Source: Ranitomeya imitator
Taxonomy: Eukaryota
DNA length: 64,000 bases
Assembly: GCF_032444005.1 (NCBI RefSeq)
Contig: NW_027193546.1
Coordinates: 682,001 to 746,000 of the forward strand
Reading direction: 5' to 3'
This document shows positions 36,570-48,415 of the stretch, in pieces. Position 1 is the stretch's first letter; each line of letters opens with the position of its first letter. The notes beneath the pieces are model-generated. The model did no database searches. It had not been told where the DNA came from and worked only from the letters and a program-made list of their open reading frames with translations. The translations under genes were made by a program, and so were the position numbers.

Positions 36570-39500
36570 GGTGGTGGCACTGATCATACAGCTCTGCGGG
36601 GAGGAGGAGGTGGCTCTGATCATACAGCTCTGCGGGGAGGAGGAGGTGGCACTGATCATACAGCTCTGCGGGGAGGAGGTGGTGGCACTGATCATACAGC
36701 TCTGCGGGGAGGAGGTGGTGGCACTGATCATACAGCTCTGCGGGGAGGAGGTGGTGGCACTGATTATACAGCTCTGCGGGGAGAGGGTGGTGGCTCTGAT
36801 CATACAGCTCTGCGGGGAGGAGGTGGTGGCTCTGATCATACAGCTCTGCGGGGTGGAGGTGGTGGCACTGATTATACAGCTCTGCGGGGAGGAAGTGGTG
36901 GCTCTGATCATACAGCTCTGCGGGGGAGAAGGTGGTGGCACTGATCATACAGCTCTGCGGGGTGGAGGTGATTTCTCTGATCATACAGCTCTGCAGGGAG
37001 GAGTAGGTGGTGGCACTGATGATACAGCTCTGCGGGGAGGAGGTGGTGGCACTGATCATACAGCTCTGCGGGGTGGAGGTGATTTCTCTGATCATACAAC
37101 TCTGCGGGGAGGAGGAGGTGGCACTGATCATACAGCTCTGCGGGGAGGAGGTGTTGGCACTGATCATACAGCTCTGCGGGGAGGAGGTGGTGGCACTGTT
37201 CATACAGCTCTGCGGGGAGGAGGTGGTGGCACTGATTATACAGCTCTGCGGGGAGAGGGTGGTGGCTCTGATCATACAGCTCTGCGGGGAGGAGGTGGTG
37301 GCTCTGATCATACAGCTCTGCGGGGTGGAGGTGATTTCTCTGATCATACAGCTCTGCGGGGTGGAGGTGGTGGCACTGATTATACAGCTCTGCGGGGAGG
37401 AAGTGGTGGCTCTGATCATACAGCTCTGCGGGGGAGAAGGTGGTGGCACTGATCATACAGCTCTGCGGGGTGGAGGTGATTTCTCTGATCATACAGCTCT
37501 GCAGGGAGGAGTAGGTGGTGGCACTGATGATACAGCTCTGCGGGGAGGAGGTGGTGGCACTGATCATACAGCTCTGCGGGGAGGAGGTGGTGGCTCTGAT
37601 CATACAGCTCTGCGGGGAGGAGGTGGTGGCTCTGATCATGCAGCTCTGCGGGGAGGAGGTGGTGGCACTGATCATACAGCTGTGCGGGGAGGAGGTGGTG
37701 GCACTGATCATACAGCTCTGCGGGGAGGAGGTGGTGGCTCTGATCATACAGCTCTGCGGAGAGGAGGTGGTGGTACTGATCATACAGCTGTGCGGGGAGG
37801 ATGTGATTTCTCTGATCATACAGCTCTGCAGGGAGGAGGTGGTGGCTCTGATCATACAGCTCTGCGGGGAGGAGGAGGTGGCACTGATCATACAGCTCTG
37901 CGGGGAGGAGGTGGTGGCACTGATCATACAGCTCTGCGGGGAGGAGGTGGTGGCACTGATCATACAGCTCTGCGGGGAGGAGGTGGTGGCACTGATCATA
38001 CAGCTCTGCGGGGAGGAGGAGGTGGCACTGATCATACAGCTCTGCGGGGAGGAGGTGGTGGCACTGATCATACAGCTCTGCGGGGAGGAGGTGGTGGCAC
38101 TGATCATACAGCTCTGCGGGGAGGAGGAGGTGGCACTGATCATACAGCTCTGCGGGGAGGAAGTGGTGGCACTGATCATACAGCTCTGCGGGGAGGAGGT
38201 GGTGGCACTGATCATACAGCTCTGCGGGGAGAAGGTGTTGGCACTGATCATACAGCTCTCCGGGGAGGAGGTGATTTCTCTGATCATACAGCTCTGCAGG
38301 GAGGAGGAGGTTATGGCTCTGATCATACAGGTCTGAGGGGAGTCGGTGGTGGCTCTGATCATACAGCTCTGCGGGGAGGAGGTGGTGGCTCTGATCATAC
38401 AGCTCTGCGGGGAGGAGGTGGTGGTACCGATCATACAGCTGTGCGGGGAGGAGGTGATTTCTCTGATCATACAGCTCTGCAGGGAGGAGGTGGTGTCTCT
38501 GATCATACAGCTCTGCGGGGAGGAGGTGGTGGCTCTGATCATACAGCTCTGCGGGGAGGAGGAGGTGGCACTGATCATACAGCTCTGCGGGGAGGAGGTG
38601 GTGGCACTGATCATACAGCTCTGCGGGGAGGAGGTGGTGGCACTGATCATACAGCTCTGCGGGGAGGAGGTGGTGGCACTGATCATACAGCTCTGCGGGG
38701 AGGAGGAGGTGGCTCTGATCATACAGCTCTGCGGGGAGGAGGAGGTGGCACTGATCATACAGCTCTGCGGGGAGGAGGTGGTGGCACTGATCATACAGCT
38801 CTGCGGGGAGGAGGTGGTGGCACTGATCATACAGCTCTGCGGGGAGGAGGTGGTGGCACTGATTATACAGCTCTGCGGGGAGAGGGTGGTGGCTCTGATC
38901 ATACAGCTCTGCGGGGAGGAGGTGGTGGCTCTGATCATACAGCTCTGCGGGGTGGAGTTGATTTCTCTGATCATACAGCTCTGCGGGGTGGAGGTGGTGG
39001 CACTGATTATACAGCTCTGCGGGGAGGAAGTGGTGGCTCTGATCATACAGCTCTGCGGGGGAGAAGGTGGTGGCACTGATCATACAGCTCTGCGGGGTGG
39101 AGGTGATTTCTCTGATCATACAGCTCTGCAGGGAGGAGAAGGTGGTGGCACTGATGATACAGCTCTGCGGGGAGGAGGTGGTGGCACTGATCATACAGCT
39201 CTGCGGGGTGGAGGTGATTTCTCTGATCATACAGCTCTGCAGGGAGGAGTAGGTGGTGGCACTGATGATACAGCTCTGCGGGGAGGAGGTGGTGGCACTG
39301 ATCATACAGCTCTGCGGGGAGGAGGTGGTGGCTCTGATCATACAGCTCTGCGGGGAGGAGGTGGTGGCTCTGATCATGCAGCTCTGCGGGGAGGAGTTGG
39401 TGGCACTGATCATACAGCTGTGCGGGGAGGAGGTGGTGGCACTGATCATACAGCTCTGCGGGGAGGAGGTGGTGGCTCTGATCATACAGCTCTGCGGGGA

Positions 39501-41856
39501 GGAGGTGGTGGTACTGATCATACAGCTGTGCGGGGAGGAGGTGATTTCTCTGATCATACAGCTCTGCAGGGAAGAGGTGGTGGCTCTGATCATACAGCTC
39601 TGCGGGGAGGAGGAGGTGGCATTGATCATACAGCTCTGCGGGGAGGAGGTGGTGGCACTGATCATACAGCTCTGCGGGGAGGAGGTGGTGGCACTGATCA
39701 TACAGCTCTGCGTGGAGGAGGTGGTGGCACTGATCATACAGCTCTGCGGGGAGGAGGTGGTGGCACTGATCATACAGCTCTGCGGGGAGGAGGTGATTTC
39801 TCTGATCATACAGCTCTGCAGGGAGGAGGTGGTGGTACTGATCATACAGCTCTGCGGGGAGGAGGTGGTGGCACTGATCATACAGCTCTGCGGGGAGGAG
39901 GTGGTGGCACTGATCATACAGCTCTGCGGGGAGGAGGAGGTGGCTCTGATCATACAGCTCTGCGGGGAGGAGGAGGTGGCACTGATCATACAGCTCTGCG
40001 GGGAGGAGGTGGTGGCACTGATCATACAGCTCTGCGGGGAGGAGGTGGTGGCACTGATCATACAGCTCTGCGGGGAGGAGGTGGTGGCACTGATTATACA
40101 GCTCTGCGGGGAGAGGGTGGTGGCTCTGATCATACAGCTCTGCGGGGAGGAGGTGGTGGCTCTGATCATACAGCTCTGCGGGGTGGAGGTGATTTCTCTG
40201 ATCATACAGCTCTGCGGGGTGGAGGTGGTGGCACTGATTATACAGCTCTGCGGGGAGGAAGTGGTGGCTCTGATCATACAGCTCTGCGGGGGAGAAGGTG
40301 GTGGCACTGATCATACAGCTCTGCGGGGTGGAGGTGATTTCTCTGATCATACAGCTCTGCAGGGAGGAGAAGGTGGTGGCACTGATCATACAGCTCTGCG
40401 GGGAGGAGGTGGTGGCACTGATCATACAGCTCTGCGGGGTGGAGGTGATTTCTCTGATCATACAGCTCTGCAGGGAGGAGTAGGTGGTGGCACTGATGAT
40501 ACAGCTCTGCGGGGAGGAGGTGGTGGCACTGATCATACAGCTCTGCGGGGAGGAGGTGGTGGCTCTGATCATACAGCTCTGCGGGGAGGAGGTGGTGGCT
40601 CTGATCATGCAGCTCTGCGGGGAGGAGTTGGTGGCACTGATCATACAGCTGTGCGGGGAGGAGGTGGTGGCACTGATCATACAGCTCTGCGGGGAGGAGG
40701 TGGTGGCTCTGATCATACAGCTCTGCGGGGAGGAGGTGGTGGTACTGATCATACAGCTGTGCGGGGAGGAGGTGATTTCTCTGATCATACAGCTCTGCAG
40801 GGAAGAGGTGGTGGCTCTGATCATACAGCTCTGCGGGGAGGAGGAGGTGGCACTGATCATACAGCTCTGCGGGGAGGAGGTGGTGGCACTGATCATACAG
40901 CTCTGCGGGGAGGAGGTGGTGGCACTGATCATACAGCTCTGCGGGGAGGAGGTGGTGGCACTGATCATACAGCTCTGCGGGGAGGAGGAGGTGGCACTGA
41001 TCATACAGCTCTGCGGGGAGGAGGTGGTGGCACTGATCATACAGCTCTGCGGGGAGGAGGTGGTGGCACTGATCATACAGCTCTGCGGGGAGGAGGTGGT
41101 GGCACTGATCATACAGCTCTGCGGGGAGGAGGTGGTGGCACTGATCATACAGCTCTGCGGGGAGGAGGTGATTTCTCTGATCATACAGCTCTGCAGGGAG
41201 GAGGTGGTGGTACTGATCATACAGCTGTGCGGGGAGGAGGTGATTTCTCTGATCATACAGCTCTGCAGGGAGGAGGTGGTGGCACTGATCATACAGCTCT
41301 GCGGGGAGGAGGTGGTGGCACTGATCATACAGCTCTGCGGGGAGGAGGTGGTGGCACTGATCATACAGCTCTGCGGGGAGGAGGTGGTGGCACTGATCAT
41401 ACAGCTCTGCGGGGAGGAGGTGATTTCTCTGATCATACAGCTCTGCAGGGAGGAGGTGGTGGCTCTGATCATACATCTCTGCGGGGAGGAGGTGGTGGCT
41501 CTGATCATACAGCTCTGCGGGGAGGAGGAGGTGGCACTGATCATACAGCTCTGCGGGGAGGAGATGGTGGCTCTGATCATACAGCTCTGCGGGGAGGAGG
41601 TGGTGGCTCTGATCATACAGCTCTGCGGGGAGGAGGAGGTGGCACTGATCATACAGCTCTGCGGGAAGGAGGTGGTGGCACTGATGATACAGCTCTGCGG
41701 GGAGGAAGTGGTGGCACTGATCATACAGCTCTGCGGGGAGGAGGTGGTGGCACTGATCATACAGCTCTGCGGGGAGGAGGTGGTGGCACTGATCATACAG
41801 CTCTGCGGTGAGGAGGTGGTGGCACTGATCATACAGCTCTGCGGGGAGGAGGTGGT
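36570..41856. repeat. 36-bp satellite, block 3 (~147 monomers)
   Basis: Same monomer; ends at the H1 stem-loop 41857-41872. Confidence 0.98.
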
Positions 41857-41872
41857 GGCTCTTATAAGAGCC
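41857..41872 (-). terminator. H1 copy 2 stem-loop
   Basis: GGCTCTTATAAGAGCC, identical to copy 1. Confidence 0.93.
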
Positions 41873-41900
41873 TTTGTGGTAACAGAACAGGGGCTGCAGC

Positions 41901-42539
41901 TTATTTCTTAGCCGCGGGCTTCTTGGCTTTCGCAGCCTTCTTAGCCGGACTCTTGGCGGGTTTGGCCGCCTTCTTAGCCGGACTCTTCGTCACCTTCTTG
42001 GGCTTGGGAGCGGCTTTCGGCTTCTTGGGGCTCTTGGCCGCTTTCTTGGCCGCTGCGGGCTTCTTGGCCGTTTTCGGGCTCTTCTTGGCCGCAGTCGGAG
42101 CCTTCTTGGGCTTCTTCGGAGATTTGGCGGCTTTCTTGGCAGCAGCGGGTTTCTTAGGTTTGGCCGCAGCTGCTGGCTTCGTCTTGGCCACTTTGTCCTT
42201 CGTCTCCTGCTTCTTGTTCAGCTTGAAGGACCCGGAGGCGCCGCTGCCTTTCACCTGGAGGAGGGCGCCCTTGGTGACCAGAGCCTTGACGGCCAGCTTC
42301 AGGCGGCTGTTGTTCTTCTCTACATCGTATCCTCCAGCAGACAGAGCCTTCTTCAGGGCGGCCAGAGACACCCCGCTGCGCTCCTTGGAGGCGGACACGG
42401 CTTTCACGATCAGCTCGGAGACGCTGGGGCCGGAGGGTTTATTGCTCTTCTTGGCAGCAGATTTCTTCGGCTGCTTCTTGGATTTGGCGGCCGGTTCTGC
42501 GGGAGGGGGAGCGGCGGCTGGCGCGGTCTCTGCCATCAT
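41901..42539 (-). CDS. H1: Histone H1, copy 2
   Basis: Protein identical to copy 1; offset 39759 bp. Confidence 0.98.
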   Translation of the reverse strand: MMAETAPAAAPPPAEPAAKSKKQPKKSAAKKSNKPSGPSVSELIVKAVSASKERSGVSLAALKKALSAGGYDVEKNNSRLKLAVKALVTKGALLQVKGSGASGSFKLNKKQETKDKVAKTKPAAAAKPKKPAAAKKAAKSPKKPKKAPTAAKKSPKTAKKPAAAKKAAKSPKKPKAAPKPKKVTKSPAKKAAKPAKSPAKKAAKAKKPAAKK

Positions 42540-44453
42540 GTGCTGCTGACGCAAAATGAAAATATTTCCTGATAGGAAGGAAAACACTGAGGCCGGAGCT
42601 GGAGGCGCCTGTTATATGTACAGGCTTACTGCGCACTGATTGGCTGCTGAGCAGCACCGTCCTGAGCTTCTATTGGCTGACACTGGACACAGGCCCCGCC
42701 CCCTCCCAGCTGAGTCCGAGTGAAGCTCCGCTCTCCCCTTGTGCTTCCCTGCCCTGGATAAAAGCCCTTTACCGGCTAACACCGGACAGCAGAGCGCGAT
42801 TCCTCCGTCGCCTCCCCTTCTCCAACATCTCCACCGGCCATTTGTAGCCGTCACTAGCAGAGATGCCGGGAAAGAGCGAAGAGGAAATCCCGGGATCATC
42901 GCCGCCGTCCTCCCGATCTGCACATCACTGTGTATCCGGGGAGATAAATCTGCTGCGGGAGCTCGTTCCTCCTATTCCCGGCTCCTGTCACCATCACAGG
43001 GATCTTTACTCCTATGTCTATCGCACAGGAAGCTGATTGTACGATGTAGGGACGAGCTGGAGCTGCTGACAACCCAGAAGGGTAACACAGGCGACGGCCT
43101 CCGCTGACTGCCACCTCCCTGACCTGTGGTGTCACTGTACCCCGTATGTGCAGAGGATTGGGGGGACACGTGTTCCACACCAGTAGATGATCCACATCGG
43201 TGGCTGATTGCAATCACCTGCCTGATATCGTGTCTTACCCAGTGTGAAGCTGTGACCGCTGCGGCATGTCATGGTGCGAAGAGCTCTGATGAGGCGACAG
43301 CTGCACACTGCGACTCCCCAACCAAACACATAAACATCTCCGGGGAGAAAACTGAAATATTAATGGATTTATGTGACCCCCACTATTGTGTAAAAGGGGA
43401 ATATTGGGAGAAAAGCGGAGACACAAAATCCAGCGTCTACACAGAGAACACAGCTGTACATAGTATATATAGTGCACAACATCACATCTGCACAGCCCAG
43501 ATCAGCAGTGTAATAAGTGTCACTGATACTAGAGGAGAGGGTACAGTATATACAGCAGAGTGTACAGTATATACAGCAGAGTACACAGTATATAGAGCAG
43601 AGTGTACAGTATATACAGCAGTGTGCACAGTATATAGAGCCAGTGTGTACAGTACATACAGCAGTGTGTACAGTATATAGAGCAGTGTGTAAAGTATATA
43701 CAGCAGTGTGTACAATTTATAGACCAGAGTGTACAGTATATAGAGCAGTCTCCCCTCTCTTCTTCTTTCTCTCTCTCTCCCTCTTTCTTAATCTCTATTT
43801 CTCTCTCCTCTCTTTCATTATTTCCTTCTCTCCTTTCTCTCTTCGCTCTCCTCTCTTTCTCTCTTCTTTTTTCTCTAAATCTTTCTCTCACTCTTACTCT
43901 TTCTTCCTTTCTATTTCTCTCTCTCCCTCTCTTTCCCTTGCTTTCTCTTTTTCTTACTTTATATCTATCTCTCTCCTTCTCTCTTTCTTTATCTCTCTTC
44001 TCTCTACTTCTCTATCTCTCTCTTTATGTCTTTTTGTCTCTCTCTCTCTCTTTCTCCCTTTCTTTCTCTCTATCTCCTTCTTTCTCATTCTCTCTCTTTC
44101 ACTTTATCTCTCTCTTTCTCTCTCTCAGGGAGAGATTATCAATCCTTCATGTCAGCAGTGCACCTCTCCAAAATGAGGCAGATGTACTAGATTTTCTAGG
44201 CACCGCCATCTGCACGTGGGGTGCTGCTGTAATCCCTGTCATCATCCTCGTTTTTCCTCTCCACGTTTCCATATCCAGCCAAGTGATCGCTGGGCCCAGT
44301 ATTCTCATCAGCATTGCCGATACTTCGAGCTGTAGCAAAGGAGAAGGCACAAGTGATGATAACCCGCCTCTATGTGCCCTCAAGTGTCTCCGCTGTGGTG
44401 CGGGATGATATGCTATGGAAGGTTAATAATCAATAATTGTGTCCTTCCTACAG

Positions 44454-45130
44454 GCTCTGGTGCCCCATGGAATGAAAGGTTTCCCCAGGAGGGCGGTGGT
44501 AAAGATGTTTAATGACTTGCTAAGGAATGGTCGCATGCAAAAACTCCAAGACTCGGACACCGTGCTGTCCCAGATTTTGGAGATGACGTGCAGTGACTTG
44601 GATTGGGAGGTGAAGGTGAACGCAGTGGACCTGGCACATTCCTATATGTCCCAAACATTGGAGATGGGACCGTCCCTAACGTGCCCTTACACTATAGGGC
44701 TGCCATCTAGCAGAAGCTCAGGTTCCATCTCCGACGCTCTGGTTACATGTGAATGAGTCGGGCTTTTTCCGGCCTTATTGACTTGTCTGTGTGACTGTGA
44801 CCGGCCAGTGGCATTAAAGTTTTGTGAAATCCTTCTTGCTGTGAAGCCCAAACTGTGTAATGGGGACACTGATCCCTCCGAACAGCATGGAAGAGACTGG
44901 CTGGAGCACACGATAAAAGAGAAGCAAATGGCAGGCGGGGACGGTGCTGGGGCCGGCAGGGTCGCCCACCAGATTGGGCCACTGGTGTCATACAGAAGAT
45001 GGATTTGGATAACATAAAATGTCCCCTTCCGAAAAACAGCGATCATGTACACGAAACTCCCCGGTCACTGCTGCAGGACGTCAAAGCAACCTTATGGGGG
45101 GAAGAAATGCACGATGCAGATTGCTACTGA
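44454..45130 (+). pseudogene. BRAT1: BRAT1 terminal exon fragment, copy A (unit 2)
   Basis: Near-identical to 4695-5371. Confidence 0.85.
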
Positions 45131-45955
45131 TGCGGAAGTTTATGGTACTTTTCTGCTGCAGATTTCACTGCGGAAATGCCTTTTGTGCTGTAATTTGTAG
45201 TGGATCCAACCTGTGTTTTTCTTTTTTTACTACAGTGCCCTACTGGGACCCAGAAGCCCTTCTGGCCATCCAACTGCTACTCAGGCGCCAATTTCTAAGA
45301 AAGATTTATCTCCTCTCTTTCTTTCTCTTTTCTTTCTCTAAATCTTTCTCTCACTCTTACCCTTTTCCCCTTTCTATTTCTCTCTCACCCTCTCTTTCTC
45401 TTGCTTTCTCTTTCTCTTTTTTCTCACTTTATCTCTATCTTTCTCTCTCCTTGTCACTTTCTTCATCTCTATTTCTTCTCTCTCTACTTATCTCCCTCTT
45501 TATTTCTCTTTGTCTTTATCTCTCTTTCTTTCTCCTTTGCTTTCTCTCTCTCTCTCTCCTTCTTTCTCATTCTCTCTCGTTCACTCTCTCTCTCTTTGTC
45601 TTTATCTCTCTCTCTCCTTCTCTCTCCCAGGGAGAGATGATCAATCCTTCATGTCAGCAGTGCACCTCTCCAAAATGAGGCAGATGTACTAGATTTTCCA
45701 GGCACCGCCATCTGTACGTGCGGTGCTGCTGTAATCCCTGTCATCATCCTCGTTTTTCCTCTCCACGTTTCCATATCCAGCCAAGTGATCGCTGGGCCCA
45801 GTATTCTCATCAGCATTGCCGATACTTCGAGCTATAGCTAAGGAGAAGGCACAAGTGATGATAACCCGCCTCTATGTGCCCTCAAGTGTCTCCGCTGTGG
45901 TGCGGGATGATGTGCTATGGAAGGTTAATAATCAATAATTGTGTCCTTCCTACAG

Positions 45956-46633
45956 GCTCTGGTGCCCCATGTAATGAAAGGTTTCCCCAGGAGGGCGGTG
46001 GTAAAGATGTTTACTAACTTGCTAAGGAATGGTCGCATGCAAAAACTCCAAGACTCGGACACCGTGCTGTCCCAGATTTTGGAGATGACGTGCAATGACT
46101 TGGATTGGGAGGTGAAGGTGAACGCATTGGACCTGGCACATTCCTATATGTCCCACACATTGGAGATGGGACCGTCCCTAACGTGCCCTTACACTATAGG
46201 GCTGCCATCTAGCAGAAGCTCAGGTTCCATCTCCGACGCTCTGGTTACATGTGAATGAGTCGGGCTTTTTCCGGCCTTATTGACTTGTCTGTGTGACTGT
46301 GACCGGTCAGTGGCATCAAAGGCGTGTGAAATCCTTCTCGCTGTGAAGCCCAAACTGTGCAATGGGGACACTGATCCCTCCGAAGAGTATGGAAGAGACT
46401 GGCTGGAGCACACGATAAAAGAGAAGCAAATGGCAGGCGGGGACGGTGCTGGGGACCGGCAGGGTCGCCCACCAGAATGGGCCACTGGGGTCATAAAGAA
46501 GATGGATTTGGATAACATAAAATGTTCCCTGCCGAAATACAGCGATTATGTACACGAGACTCCCCTGTCACTGCTGCAGGACGTCAAAGCCACCTTATGG
46601 GGGGAAGAAATGCACGATGCAGATTGCTACTGA
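45956..46633 (+). pseudogene. BRAT1: BRAT1 terminal exon fragment, copy B (unit 2)
   Basis: Near-identical to 6195-6872. Confidence 0.87.
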
Positions 46634-47454
46634 TGCGGAAGTTTAAGGGACTTTTCTGCTGCAGATCTCATTGCGGAAATGCCTTTTGTGCTGTGATTTG
46701 TAGTGGATCCAACCTGTTTTTTTCCTACAGTGTCCTACTGGGACCCAGAAGCCCTCCTGGCCATCCGACAGCTACTCAGGCCCCAATTTCGAAGAAGCAC
46801 GTCCTGGTTATAAGAAAGCAAATGCCTTTGGCACTATAGAGGGTGATGTAGTAGGGATTATTTTTCTATTTTGGTTTGCTTCCAGTACAGTTTTCACATT
46901 AAATCAGAACAATTAAAGAAAACAAACAAAAAAAAAAACACGGCACATTAACGTAATTTTGAATTAAAGCATAACATTTTATATAAACAATGCATAAAAA
47001 TGTGTCTTTCTGGGTTGTGATTGGTACATGAGGTAATGGCATAAATTAACATTCAATCACCTGATGTTGATATGATGAAAAATCTCTCCTAATTTCACTT
47101 GCTGCTTTCAACCGTGTATTGGGATTAACTGTGGGGGCATCATACATTGTGGAGAGTATGATCCACTCTGATCTGGCATGGTCATGACAATAGTCGGGAT
47201 ACCTGCCGCTACAGGGAAGGAAATTGTATATAATAAAGAAGCTGGAAAAATAATTGCAGAAACTGTACAATGGGCGGGAAATTCAAACTTCCCAACAGTT
47301 CTGTGTTCAGCCAATCAGCAGAGGAAGGGAGGAGCTAATGATTCTGTAAGCCCCGCCCCGGATAGCGTCATCTCTCCAGTTCTCTCTCTGGTCCATTCTT
47401 CCTCCATATAAAGGAGCAGTCCCTGAGGCTCAGGAATCAGTTTTTGCTCATTGA

Positions 47455-47775
<321 letters not shown>

Positions 47776-47805
47776 TTGTGTTCTCTTCTGTCCTCACAAC
47801 CCAAA

Positions 47806-47821
47806 GGCTCTTTTCAGAGCC
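47806..47821 (+). terminator. H4 copy 3 stem-loop
   Basis: GGCTCT TTTC AGAGCC. Confidence 0.97.
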
Positions 47822-48415
47822 ACCCACATCTTCTAAGTGAGGGCTGCACCTGACTGCTAGGATCTGATTTCTCTGCTTTGGTGATGTCGCTGTAATGTTA
47901 GAACACTCATCGGTGCCAACGTTACGCTCCGAATACTGAATAGTCCCAAGGATATCCTGACGTGGAAAGATTAAACGGCTTACCCGAAGCAGATCCCTCT
48001 ACAGCTCTAATCAGGGGGGTGTTCAGGGCGGTTTCCAAATGTAGGTTAATATTCTGTCTAGACATTTAATATCCTGTTCTTATTGGGCGCTGATTAGTAG
48101 ATTTATGGGGGATATATATCCGCACTGGGCCGCAGTGATAATTTCCTGATCAGATCCGTGTACAGGGAATGTGGCTGTAGGAGGCAGCTGGATAGATGGA
48201 CGCCCTGTGTGTCATCACATAGGGTACGGCGACTCCTATGTGATGACCACGTCCTGGACACTAATGTTTCGGGTGGATGGCGCCTCTGAAGACTATTATA
48301 ACCTCCTCAGAATAATGATGGGCTGTTTGAGGTCTGATAGCCACGGCTGCGCGTTTTGAGGTCCTGTCATGTATTTATATATATCCGGTGTGTGCAGTGT
48401 ATGGGGGGACACAGG

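Noticed and set aside
21038-41856. Very long ORFs (poly-GGGGTDHTALR, EEVVALIIQLCG, ISATTSSPQSCM, DQCHHLLPAELY; up to 1880 aa)
   Set aside because: They are translations of a 36-bp monomer that is stop-free in four frames; frame switches track 37/39-bp variant monomers; both strands are open; there is no unique domain.
36570-41856. G-quadruplex or R-loop function of the GGGGAGGAGGTGGTGG tract
   Set aside because: Mostly GG runs (two-tier at best), and the G-rich strand is the template for H1 read-through, so there is no specific support from sequence alone.
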